From Octopus sinensis (taxonomy: Eukaryota): 64,000 nucleotides of DNA. Below are positions 40,091 to 51,534 of this stretch, in pieces. Each line of letters opens with the position of its first letter. Position 1 is the first letter of the stretch. The notes under the pieces are model-generated. The model did no database searches. It saw only the letters and a program-made list of their open reading frames with translations, and had not been told where the DNA came from. The DNA is taken from contig NC_042997.1 in the NCBI RefSeq assembly GCF_006345805.1, positions 113,894,001 to 113,958,000 on the forward strand, read 5' to 3'. The position numbers and the translations under genes were made by a program.

Positions 40091-40609
40091 AAAAGGGCGC
40101 ATTTATTATTTTTAATATGCTTTATATGCACCTTTGACAAGTTGTGGTGCACCTGAGCACTGTTTACAATAATTTCATTATTATTATTATTATTATAAGA
40201 TCCTGTGAGAGCTTTATATGAATTACAAACATGTATAACTATTTGCTGTATTTGTAGAAAGAAAGATTGACAATTAGTGATGCATTCTATATAATATGGT
40301 CACAAGGATTCCTCTCTGGTACTTCAATGAATAACACCTTTCTCTAAAAGAAGTCAGCTCAGATGTCACAATGAGAGAGATATTCATTTTGACTGCTATG
40401 AAAGCACTGCAACTTGTAATATCTGTAAAGTTACTGGGGATGGGGCCATTTTTCAAGGTAGAATTGGGAAAGATATGTTAGACAAAACGCGTTGCTAAAA
40501 TTGCCAAGAAGGCTTATGGTGTCTTGGCATCACTCACCAAGTCCTTTGTAAGCTGCTATCCGGCTTTATATAGCTATGGTGCGACATCACTTGGAATTTG
40601 CATCACCGG

Positions 40610-41148
40610 TCTGGAATCCTTATCTTGTCCAGGATATTAATTGTCTGGAAGCCGTTCAGTGACATGGAACCAAGAGAATACCCTCCATCAGGCATTTGCC
40701 ATATTCTGAATGCCTTACTTCCCTGGGCATGGATACATTGAAACTCTGGCGTCGGGCAGCTGACTTGGCAGACACCCATAAAATTATTAACCATCTTACA
40801 AACAATAACTCTGAGCACCTTTTCAAACTCCACCTGTCAGAAAACAGCATAGCTCCCATGACTTTTGGAACATTTTTTTCACGCTAAGAGTTGCTGAAGT
40901 ATGGAACACACTGCCGGCATCAGTTGTTAGTTGTTGGAGCACTGCATCCTTCAAAACTTCCATGCTTCCTGAGATTCGCCAACACTACACCTGATTTTCT
41001 CCTCTATACACAGGCAAGCATGCATCCGACTCATACACTGTTCACTTTCCAGGCATTTGTACATTACTGCATATGCTTTATACGCACTTTTGACAAGTTG
41101 TGGTGCACCTGAGCACTGTATACAATAATTTCATTATTATTATTATTA
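40610..41148 (+). mobile_element. CR1-type LINE 3' end
   Basis: Same family as 35583-36175, with a short internal deletion near 40838; a tail-only fragment lies at about 40117-40197. Confidence 0.9.
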
Positions 41149-41884
41149 GATGACTTCTTAAGTTGCTGTCACCATAAATTCTGCATTTCAGTACAATACT
41201 GAAAATTGCACCTCCTGGAGGAAGTTTTTGTCTACTAGCTGCATGGATAATCCGAATTTCAATCAATATTTTTTTCAACTCAATTCGTTACATGTCAGAT
41301 CTCACTATTATTTTTACAATGAATTGTGTTTTAACTTAGATGGTGGGTTGCGGGGTTAAAAAGTTTTGCTTCCCAACCATGCGGTTTTGGGTTTAGTTCC
41401 ACTGTATGGCGGCTTAGGTAAGTGTCCTCTACTACGGCCCCAGGCTAACCAAAGTATTGTGAGTCAATTTAGAGAGAAACTGAAAGAAGCTTGTTGTGTA
41501 TATATATTTGTATATGTGTGTGTGCTTTCTTATCTCCAGTTTTGGCCTTGTGTCTTCTACAATAGTCTCAGGCTGACCAAACCCTTGTGAGTGGATTTGC
41601 TAATTTGGTAGACAGAAACTGAAAGAAGCTTGTTGTATACACATACACAAATGTCTTGCCATCATGAGATAGTTGTAAACAAGTGTCACAGCCACACAAG
41701 CAGTATCATTTCTTTCTAGGTGTCTGTGGAAACATATCCAGCCATAGGCAAATATTACCTTGCTTTGAAACAAGTGAAGATTGGTGACAAGAAGGGCAGC
41801 CAGCTGAGGAAGACCTGCCTCAGCAAATTCTGTCTAACCTGTGGCATACAAGCATGGAAAATTGGACATTTAAACAAAAACCAC

Positions 41885-41930
<46 letters not shown>

Positions 41931-42080
41931 ATATAAAGGATTGAGCCTGTTGAAGACACACAAGATGTCGAAATATCATTCACTAGATGACAATGACACT
42001 CTTCTTTTGGTTTTGACTCTCTTCTTCTTCTTCTTCTTCTTCTTCTTCTTCTTCTTCTTCTTCTTCTTCTTCTTCTTCTT

Positions 42081-42147
<67 letters not shown>

Positions 42148-42195
42148 TATTATTATTATTATTATTATTACTATTACTATTATTATTATTATTAA
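41885..42195. repeat. (ATT)n and (CTT)n trinucleotide microsatellites
   Basis: (ATT)n 41885-41927; (CTT)n 42021-42110 directly fused to (ATT)n 42111-42193. Confidence 0.95.
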
Positions 42196-43107
42196 GCCCT
42201 AAGTAGGATTTATGAGCCCTATGATATATTGATATATTCTGCAGAGCCTTGAAAGCAGTAAATAATCTGAATTATATATTGTAGCAGTTCGCAATTTCCC
42301 GGTGACTATGCAAGCTGTTGCTACAACTGTATATTGAGGACACATATAGCTGATTCATGGGAAGGATAAGATAGGAATTATTATGTATCACAGTATACTT
42401 TTGTGAATGTTGTAGGCTAATATTGAGCAATGTAGCCAGGGCACAGCAGTAATATAGAAGTGTGATATCACTAATAATGCTAAAACTTTTTGTTAATTTT
42501 TACTTTCAACCCTTTTCATACCAAACCACCAGAAACCTCTGGTTCTATGATACAGAATTCCAGTTTTAACCATTTAACATTCAGATTAATCCATCATCCA
42601 CTCAAGGCTTGATTGGCTCGAGGCTACAGTAGAAGACACTTGCCCCCAAGGTGCCATGCAGTGGGAATGAATCTGGAACCATGTGGTTAGTAAGTAAGCT
42701 ACTTACCACACAGCCACTGCTACACAGACACGTGTATAAGTCGTCTAAGATTCCATAATTAAGGAAAAATGCACTCATATATCTGTCATTAGAGTGGGTA
42801 TATTATTTAGAGTGTACAGTGTTATATATCCACTATGGCCAACCTTGCCAATTAGTTTTGCACTAGGGATTCAACGGAGTGTTAGGTAATTGAATTGTTA
42901 TGTAACATTGTTGAATCTCTAGCATGAAACTGATTGGTTAGATCATCCATAATGGATATATAATACTGCACACTTCAGATAATACACACACACGCACATA
43001 TATTAATTGCTGGTAGGGACCCTGCATTTCATTATGCAAGCATAATGTACTATCTGAAAAAAAAATATCCTGATAATTTTCAAAAAGTAAAAGGTGATAT
43101 ATATATA

Positions 43108-43284
43108 CAGTGGGTGCTGAAAACTTCCTGGCTTTGGGTAAAAGAAAATACAGGAGGATCAGTTATGATTTTATTGCAACAGTAACTTCAGTTTTTCTAA
43201 GCCCAGTAAAAGAACTTGGAAGGTGGCCTCTAACCAGGCCTTTTGTGATACCTGTAAAGCCAGGAACTTTCCAGCACCCCATCA
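43108..43284. mobile_element. Short mariner-type MITE
   Basis: TIR GGGTGCTG(G)AAA(A/G)(C/T)TCCTGGCTTT at both ends, embedded in TA repeats. Confidence 0.75.
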
Positions 43285-43354
43285 TATATATATATATATA
43301 TATATACATATATATACATACATACACACATATATATATATATACACGCACATA

Positions 43355-43894
43355 CGAAGGTGGGTCAAAGAGTAATGCCATTTTGTTTAGGACAGGTATA
43401 ATTACCAACACAGGAACATATATCATATATCAAAATGAAGCTGGTCCTCTGTGGGGTCACATCCCTACTTCACAACAGTCACAATAGCAAATGTTCTACC
43501 TTCGAATGAGATCATGTATCCCTGCCCTGTAAAATTCTATTGACTGTTCTTTGAGCCACTTCTTCACTACAGTTTTCACTTCCTCATCACTGGACTATCA
43601 TCTCTTTGGCCCCATGAAAGAGGGTTTGAGAGGCAAACATAATTCCAGTAACAAGGAAGTGAAAACTGTAGTGAAGAAGTGGCTTAAAGAACAGTCAATA
43701 GAATTTTACAGGGCAGGGATACATGCTCTCATTCGAAGGTGGAACATTGCTATTGAGAGAAATGGTGACTAGATTGAGAAGTAAGGATGTGACCCCACAG
43801 AGGACCAGCTTCATTTTGATGTATGATACATGTTCCTGTGTTGGTAATTATACCTGTCCTAAACAAAATGGCATTACTTTTTGACTCACCTTTG
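43355..43894. mobile_element. Fold-back mariner derivative carrying transposase C-terminal remnants
   Basis: TA flanks at 43353-43354 and 43895-43896; inverted arms 43355-43584 and 43654-43894. ORF 43551-43772 reads DYHLFGPMKEGLRGK...EVKTVVKKWL...FYRAGIHALIRRW, typical of a mariner C-terminus. Confidence 0.9.
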
Positions 43895-44459
43895 TATATA
43901 TATTATCCTCTTTTCATTTAACATCTAAAAAGGAACAGATAAGGCATCAGGTTGTAGAGAATCTGCCTCAAAAAATTCCATCTGACACATGCTTGCATGA
44001 AAAAAAGATGGACATTAAATGATGATGATTTCTATGCTTTTATGAGCCAGATGGAATTCATTGAAGTAGATGTCTTCACAGCAAAATGCCCTTCCTTTTA
44101 CCAACCTTTGCCCTGTTCCACACAAAATAATATTTCTCCATGGCCAAACGTGTTTTTCACAGAAGACTGCAAATGAACAACATAGCTTGTATGATGCTGA
44201 TGTTCGTTTAAACCATCACACGATGTCAAGACAAAACGCATGCGTGCGCGCACACATTTTGGTTTCTTTGTATGTCTCCAATGTCCTGCTTTTTGTTCCC
44301 AACTTTTACCCTCCATAAATCCCAAATTTTATTTTGGTATTATGGGAGTAACTGCCTTTGAAGACTCATATTGTCGCTCAATGTTCGAAATGAGGAGTGG
44401 ATAGACAGCCGACAACAGATGAAGGGTCATTCTTTATATTACTTGTCCTGTTTTCCATT

Positions 44460-45992
44460 AGGACCTTAGAGTCAACCAAGCTAAAACCAAAGTCTTAATA
44501 AGTAGGAAGGCAACAAACCACAATTCCCTTCAGGATCTGCTCAATCTGTAGAAAAGGCGTAGATAGAAACTCTATAAGATGTACCCAGTGTAAGCTATGG
44601 ACACATAAGAGGTGCAGCAATATCAAAGGAAGCCTAACTGGGAAGATAGTTTTTGTATGTGGCAGATGCTCAAGAGCAATAAACACTGAAATGTGCAGAG
44701 AACATCTGCCACATTCCAGAGAGAAAAATTAGAAGTAGTTGATAGCTTTACAAAGGTAGTTGACAGCATTACAAAGGTGACAAAGTCAGTAGTGGGGGAG
44801 GGTGTGCTGAAAGTGTAGCTACTAGAATAAGAATAGCCTGAGCAAAGTTCAGAGAGCTCCTACCTCTGCTGGTGACAAAGGCCTCTCGCTCAGAGTAAAA
44901 GGTAGACTGTATGACACATGTGTACGAACAGTCATGCTACATGGCAGTGAAACATGGGCTGTGACTGCTGAGGACATGTGTAAGCTTGCAAGGAATGAAG
45001 CCAGTATGCTATGCTGGATGTGTAATGTCAGTGTGCATACTTGACAGAGTGTAGTGCCCTGAGAGAAAGGTTGGACCTAAGAAGCATCAGATGTGGTGTG
45101 CAAGAGAGACGACTGCACTGGTATGGTCATGTGGTGCGAATGGATGAGGACTGCTGTGTGAGAAAGTGTCACACCCTAGCAGTTGAGGAAATCTGTGGAA
45201 GAGGTAGACCCAGGAAGACATGAGACGAGGTGGTGAAGCATGACCTTCGAACATTAGGCCTCACCGAGGCAATGACTAGTGACCGAGACCTTTGGAAACA
45301 TGTTGTGCTTGAGAAGACCGGGCAAGCCAAGTGAGACCATAACCCATGGCCTATGCCAGTGATGTAACCAGCCTACCTATGCATACCTTTCTTTTGTTGG
45401 ACACTAAACTTTGTTTGCAAAGACCTGTTGAGGCAAGTGAAATCACAATCAAAATCAAATTCACTGACGTGGAAGATGACAGCTCTGCCTGACTCACCCG
45501 TGTCAGTGGAATGTTAAAAGCACCATCCGAGCGTGATCGTTGCCAGAGCTCCCATGCCAGTGGCACATAAAAAGTACCATTCAAGCATGATCGTTACCAG
45601 TGTCACCTTACTGGCACTTGTGTCGGTGACATGTGAAAACAACATTTGAGCGAGATCATTGCCAGTGCTGCTGGACTGGATCCTGTGCAGGTGGCACATA
45701 AAAAACACCATTTGAGCCAGTGCCATTGGACTGGCTCCTGTGCAGATGGCACATAAAAACACCTTTTGAGCCTGGTCATTGCCAGAACCGCCTGACTGGC
45801 CCTTGTGCTGGTGTCACATAAAATCTCTCTCTACACTCTTGGAGTGGTTGGCATTAGGAAGGGCATCCAGCTATAGAAACTCTTGCCAGATCAGATTGGA
45901 GCCTGGTGCAGCCATCTGGCTTGCCAGTCCTCAGTCAATCTGTCCAACCCATGCCAGCATGGAAAGCGGATGTTAAACAATGATGAAGATGA
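44460..45992 (+). mobile_element. RTE LINE 3' fragment (degenerate ORF C-terminus plus 3'UTR array)
   Basis: Colinear with 38180-39600 of the longer copy; ends in a GAT-like tail. Confidence 0.9.
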
Positions 45993-46181
45993 TGTTGCTT
46001 GCGTATTGAACTCGTTTGTTTTTGTATTTCATGTTGTTTACTGTTAGTGACATCCTGTACTCTTATATGCATATATGCCAAAACGAAAGATAACCCCAAA
46101 TGTAATTGGTAGAACTGTATACATGTTCAATCTCATGCGGACGTCTCGTGTATAGTTCTGCAAATTATATTTTACTATGAC

Positions 46182-46255
46182 GATCACATTGATGAGTTGT
46201 GGACATTTATGTAAGTAATTATGTAAGTGGGAACAATGAAACCGGGTTTGTGATT
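46182..46255 (+). ncRNA. Decayed type-I hammerhead ribozyme-like motif
   Basis: 7-bp stem I GAUCACA/UGUGAUU, core UUGAUGA, stem II GUUGU/ACAAU, GAAAC...GUU. Confidence 0.5.
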
Positions 46256-48124
46256 AATCTTTATATTTTGTATCTTTTCATTTGTCTTGCTTGTTCTGGT
46301 GTTTGCTATATTTTCTTGAGAACAATCCTTTCTTAGTGGTAATACCATAGGGGCTCTACTTCTAGCATAATGTATGTCCACTTAGTGGTCATCCCTCTTA
46401 TATGTTATCATCATCACCTGTATATATATATGTGTGTGTGTGTGTGTGATAGGCTTCTTCTAATTTCTGCCTTCCAAATCCTCTCATAAGTCTTTGGTCT
46501 TCCTAGGGCTATAGTAGAAGACAAAGGTATTTGCCTCAGGTGCCAAGCTGAGAGATTGAACTTGAGACCACAGAGTTAGGAAGCGAGCTTCTTAACCACA
46601 GTTATGCCTGCATGAGTGTGTTAGAGTGTGTGTGTGTGTGTGTGTGAAAGAGAAAGCTTGGTACAGAAACACAAATTCTGATACATTTGTCGTGATGTCT
46701 TTCTACAAGGAGGCCTATTCTTCTACTAACATTACAATGGACAGCAATGTCTTCAAGAAATGCATTCAGCTTTTGATGAGCAAAATTCAGCTATATGTGA
46801 GGAGAACTCAATTAAAAATGGAATATCCATTTTGTGTTATATAAGAAGCTATTTAAAGCAAGTTCTATGAACTGTCTCTGGCAAGGACAGGTCAATTGTT
46901 TGACCTCAACTCTCATAGTAAGCTGTGTAATTTCCTGCTGGAAGTTGTAAGCAACAATGATTGATTTATTATTAAAGAGATGAAGACAATACTTAGGTGT
47001 AGGCATAGCGATGTGTTAAGAAGTTTATATTTCAACCACATGGTTTCAAGTCCAGTTCTATGTTGGGCCAACCAAAGCCTGGTAAATGGATTTGATTTGA
47101 AGAAACTGAAAGAAATACATTGTGTGTGTGTGAGGTTTGTGCCTTGTCTTGATATTATGCGATAGCTGTATGTAAATGAGCATCCCTGTCATATAAGCAG
47201 TATCCTTCATTTCCAATCATCGCTGGGAATGTGTATGATCAGGGTATATATTACCTTGCTTGGAAACAGTTGAGGGTTATCAACAGAAAGGGTATCCATC
47301 CAATGGAAAATCTTGCTTGAGGAATTCTGGAACTTCTTAACAGAACTTGAATGTGAAGAAACTCTTTTGAAAATAAGTTTTAAAATATGAGTGTAAGAGC
47401 TATAGGCTTTGAGCAATTTAGCTTCCTTTCAAAACTTCTCAGAATATTCCCAAAAGCTGATGGGATCCCAGAGTTGTCTCCCTTGCCTTCCATGGTTAGA
47501 ATTAATAATTTTCTCTTGTTACTACTTGTGTAATTGCAATTAATCAATAATTCATTTTCCAGTACATTAAGTATGTTAGAATGTACTTCACTGTTTGTCT
47601 TTGATGCAGTAGGCATCCCTAGATCCCTTCATCACTCACTTAAATTGATTTTGTGAATCAAGCACACACACACACACAAATATATCTAATGATATGCATA
47701 TATTATGGCACTACTCTTTAACCAAATAAACATCAAAGTTTCAAAAATTTCACATATTTAACTAAACTATTATGGATTGCTCATTAACAGCCAATTCATT
47801 AATAGCTTTTATTGCCTTTTAATTATCTTTCAAACAATAAGATTAATTTGACAATGATAAGATCCAAAATAAAAACAAAAACGAAGAGTTGCCATCAAGA
47901 GTAAATTTGTCATCGATTTTATTGTTAATAATTGAAAATAGAACATGACTGTTCCAAGAAAATAAATTGCCACAATACAGTCAGGAAATGGAGATAAAAC
48001 TTTGTGGTTTAATTCTGTATAAGAATGTTACACTTGCCTTAGTAATTTAGATGGATATCTTCGTGATGGTGTGCGAATGAAAAAGAAAGGAGAGAAAGAG
48101 AGGGAGTGAATAAATACAATATAG

Positions 48125-48540
48125 GTGCAGGAGTGGCTCTATGGTACGTAGCTTGCTTACTAACCACATGGTTCTGGGTTCAGTCCCACTGTGTGGCATG
48201 TTTGGCAGATGTCTTCTACTATAGCCTCAGGCCGACCAAAGCTTTGTGAGTGGATTTGGTAGATAGAAACTGAAAGAAGCTCGTTTATATATATATATAT
48301 ATATATATATACATCTATATATGTGTATGTATGTGTGTGTATATGTTTGTGTATCTGTGTTTGTCCCCCTAGCATCATTTGACAACCGATGCTGGTGTGT
48401 TTACATCCCCATAAATTAGCGGTTCGACAAAAGAGACTGATAGAATAAGTACTAGGCTTACAAAGAATAAGTCCTAGGGTTGATTTGCTCGACTAAAGGC
48501 AGTGCTCCAGCATGACCCCAGTCAAATGACTAAAACAAGT
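48125..48540 (+). mobile_element. CORE-like tRNA SINE, full length
   Basis: Head GGCTCTATGGTACGTAGCTTGC...GGGTTCAGTCCCACTG, GCAGATGTCTTCTACTATAGCC core, and the downstream body shared with 14784-14960. Confidence 0.85.
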
Positions 48541-50194
48541 AAAGGAGTAAAAGAGTAAAGAGTAGAGTAAGTGCCCCCTGCTAATGGGAGATTATTAAGT
48601 TATTAGTAGTCTGGTCATTGGATGTGGCAGAATGGTCAAGTTGACCAGTCTATTGTTGTGAAACTACTGATATTGAACTTAGTCTAACTTAACACATGGC
48701 TGCACGTGTCCTTCTCTGTCTATGAGAATGTCCATTTGAGACTTGTATGTTCTTTGTTACTCTTCATATAAATGGTGATTGGCTTAATTAAAACTTGACT
48801 GATTTTCAGTCAGTGATTTGGGATTTGTTTGAATGTTTTGCTGACATCAATGAAAGAATTTGGTGTGAAGTTGTTGGGCATCATTGTTTAGATTTTTCAT
48901 GATGTCAATACTCAGCTGGAAATATCCTCTTTTGTCAGCTATTAAAAGAATCCAGGTTCAAATTCTAATGGAAACCCTGCCACAATGTTTTCTAATTGCT
49001 AAACGATGATGATGAACTTTAAAAGACCAGGATTTTGTTTGAATATACAAATTATTATCAAATATATTAATACACCAAAAATTCTAATGGTTCTAGAAGC
49101 AGTGATGCTGTTTTCCTGATGAAACATCTTGCAAGTTGTAAGTAAGCTTTGAAATGGAAGATAAACGTTAAGAATCTTCTGATTGATCTTTAGAGAAAGT
49201 ATTTTATGTGTTTTTGTTGTACATTGGGAAGCAGACCTGGAGCAGAGTGAGAGAGCATGTCATTGATGAGGTCATAAACAGCAACAAAAAGGTCTTTGAG
49301 AAACCTAGCTGATTGACTGACTGACTGATCAAACAATCAATCAGTTAATTGGTTAAATAGTTAACCAATTGACTAACAATAACAATAAAAGAAGTGAAAT
49401 AGAACCAGAGAATATATTTATTAGTGGCATAATGACCCTCCCAATGTACAAGAAAATCAGTTTTAACTCAGGAGTTCACATGAAGGATCTTGCCAACCAA
49501 CTACAAAAATATAATGTGTTATGATAGATAAAAGAAATAGGGTAAATGAGTTTATCAGGAACTTTCAGGCTCCTAAGGTCAGAGCTTATCTTACATTCCA
49601 TGGCATATAAGCAGCTAAGAGATTACAAAACTCTCTGGTGTCATTAAATATCTTATTTTTGGATGTGTACACTATACCAGACAGGATTTGAACTTGGAGC
49701 CTTTATTTCCAAATTAAGGTTAATAATGATTATTCTGGTGAATCTGTGAGAGTTTTTTTCTTTTTCACATCCTGTTCAAGTAACAGTGAATTATGCTACT
49801 AAAGAAGTAATGGCTTATGTCTCTTGTTTTCAACAGTGAAAGTTAAGATGACTTAAACTGTAACAGGATGAAGGTCTCAGGAACACTTGAGGGGTGTCGG
49901 TCTTATCCTGTTACATTCAAATTGTGTCGAAAGGAAAACCAAAACTTCGACTATCTTCAACAGCAATAAATAATACTTTATTTTGTCTGGATTCGCAAAT
50001 AAAATATATACACATATTTTCTTCAGGGCGAACTGGTAGCCAAGTCCATAAAACTATTCACAATAGTTAACTTGTAGAAGGGGGCTTCTCTACATGTTAG
50101 GTTTTCCTTGAGAGAAGGTTGAGTTGTGTCCACTCGATAGGGCTGCGGCTTCAAAAAGACCGATCTAGCGGGAAAACTTTCTGTTGGCAGTTCT

Positions 50195-50292
50195 CTGTGC
50201 ATGCGCATGAGGGAACTTCCGGTGGCCTACCAAAAGTAATCCAACTCTGCGCATGCGCGCTGAAAATTTCCAAAATAGCGTCACTACAAAAC
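50195..50292. promoter_or_regulatory. Promoter-like motif cluster (NRF1-like x2, ETS, ACTACA)
   Basis: TGCATGCGCA 50198-50207, ACTTCCGG 50215-50222, TGCGCATGCGC 50248-50258, ACTACAA 50283-50289, in a locally CpG-rich patch. Confidence 0.45.
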
Positions 50293-50996
50293 CATTCTGG
50301 ATAGTTCTCATATTTATCAAAAGGTTTCTCTTGTTTGGGGCTCGTTGGGTTCAGAGGAAAGTCAAGGCTACTATGTCGAGGTGAAATGGCAGGGTGAAGT
50401 GTTTTATCAAAAGAGTCAGCAATGCTAAACTCAAAACCCTTAATGAGGTTCCATTCCACCAATAGGTTTGATGGACGACTAATGACTTGTTGAGTTCATC
50501 CATTCTTGTAGACAGGTACTGGTCTTTTGTCCTGCCAGGGTGTCCATCCACCCTCTACACACCAGCATGGGACCCTAGAATGGTGTTGCCACTTTAGACA
50601 CTGATGGCTTGACCATTAAATAGGTAGTATTGGTTTACAGGATTATTTTGAACAGCAGATCCTTTTGAAATGACCTGACACTCAATAACTTAACAGGAAT
50701 CTCTATAATATTGAGACTATCAAAGGGTTCTGTACTAAGGCCCTTGCTATTCATGTAATACATTAAACAATTTGCCTCAAGAAATCACCTCCCCTCTGCT
50801 GTGTGTGTCTTATCTCCTGTCACCACTTTACAACCAGTGTTGGTGTGTTTACATCCCTGTAACTTAGTGGTTTAGTTTAAGAGGCTGATAGCATGCTTTT
50901 AAAAAATATGCACAGGGGTCAATTTGTTTGACTAAAATTCTTTAGGATGGTGCCCCAGACTGGCTACAGTATGAAACAAGTAAAAGAAAAAAAAAC

Positions 50997-51534
50997 GTTG
51001 GGCCTCACTGAGGCAATGACGAAAGACTGAGACCTCTGGAGATATGCTGTGTCTTCAAAGACCCGACAAATGAAGTGAGTTCATGGCTCACAGGACGGCC
51101 TGCTGTGCTTACCTTGGATTGTAGGGCAACCTGCTATGATTGAGACCTATTGAGTCAAGTACATCAACATCAAAATAAAAATCAAATGGAAATTGTAATT
51201 GTGATACCTGTGCAGGTGGCATGTAAAAAGCACCATCCGAACGTGGCCGATGCTAGCGCCACCTTGAATGGCATCCATGCCGGTGGCATGTAAAAAGCAC
51301 CAACTGATCATGGTTGTTGCCAGTCTTCACTGGCCCCTGTGCTGGTGGCATGTAAAAAGCACCCACTACACTCACAGAGTGGTTGGCGTTAGGAAGGACA
51401 TCAAGCTGCAAAAACACTACCAGATCAGACTGGAGCCTGGTGCAGCCTCCTGGCTTCCCAGACCCCAGTCGAACTGTCCAACTCATGCTAGCATGGAAAA
51501 TAGACGTTAAACAATGATGATGATGATGATGATG
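50997..51534 (+). mobile_element. RTE 3' end fragment
   Basis: End of ORF (GGCCTCACTGAGGCAATGAC...GAGACCTCTGG), 3'UTR subrepeats, (GAT)n tail. Confidence 0.88.

Noticed and set aside
45500-45830. CRISPR-like repeat-spacer appearance of the GGTGGCACATAAAAAGCACC arrays (also 22136, 39250, 58360)
   Set aside because: The spacers are homologous to each other, the arrays are part of the RTE 3'UTR, the context is eukaryotic, and there are no cas genes.
47207-47616. Minus-strand ORFs of 69-78 aa that look like exons
   Set aside because: No recognisable domain and no convincing splice-site pair.
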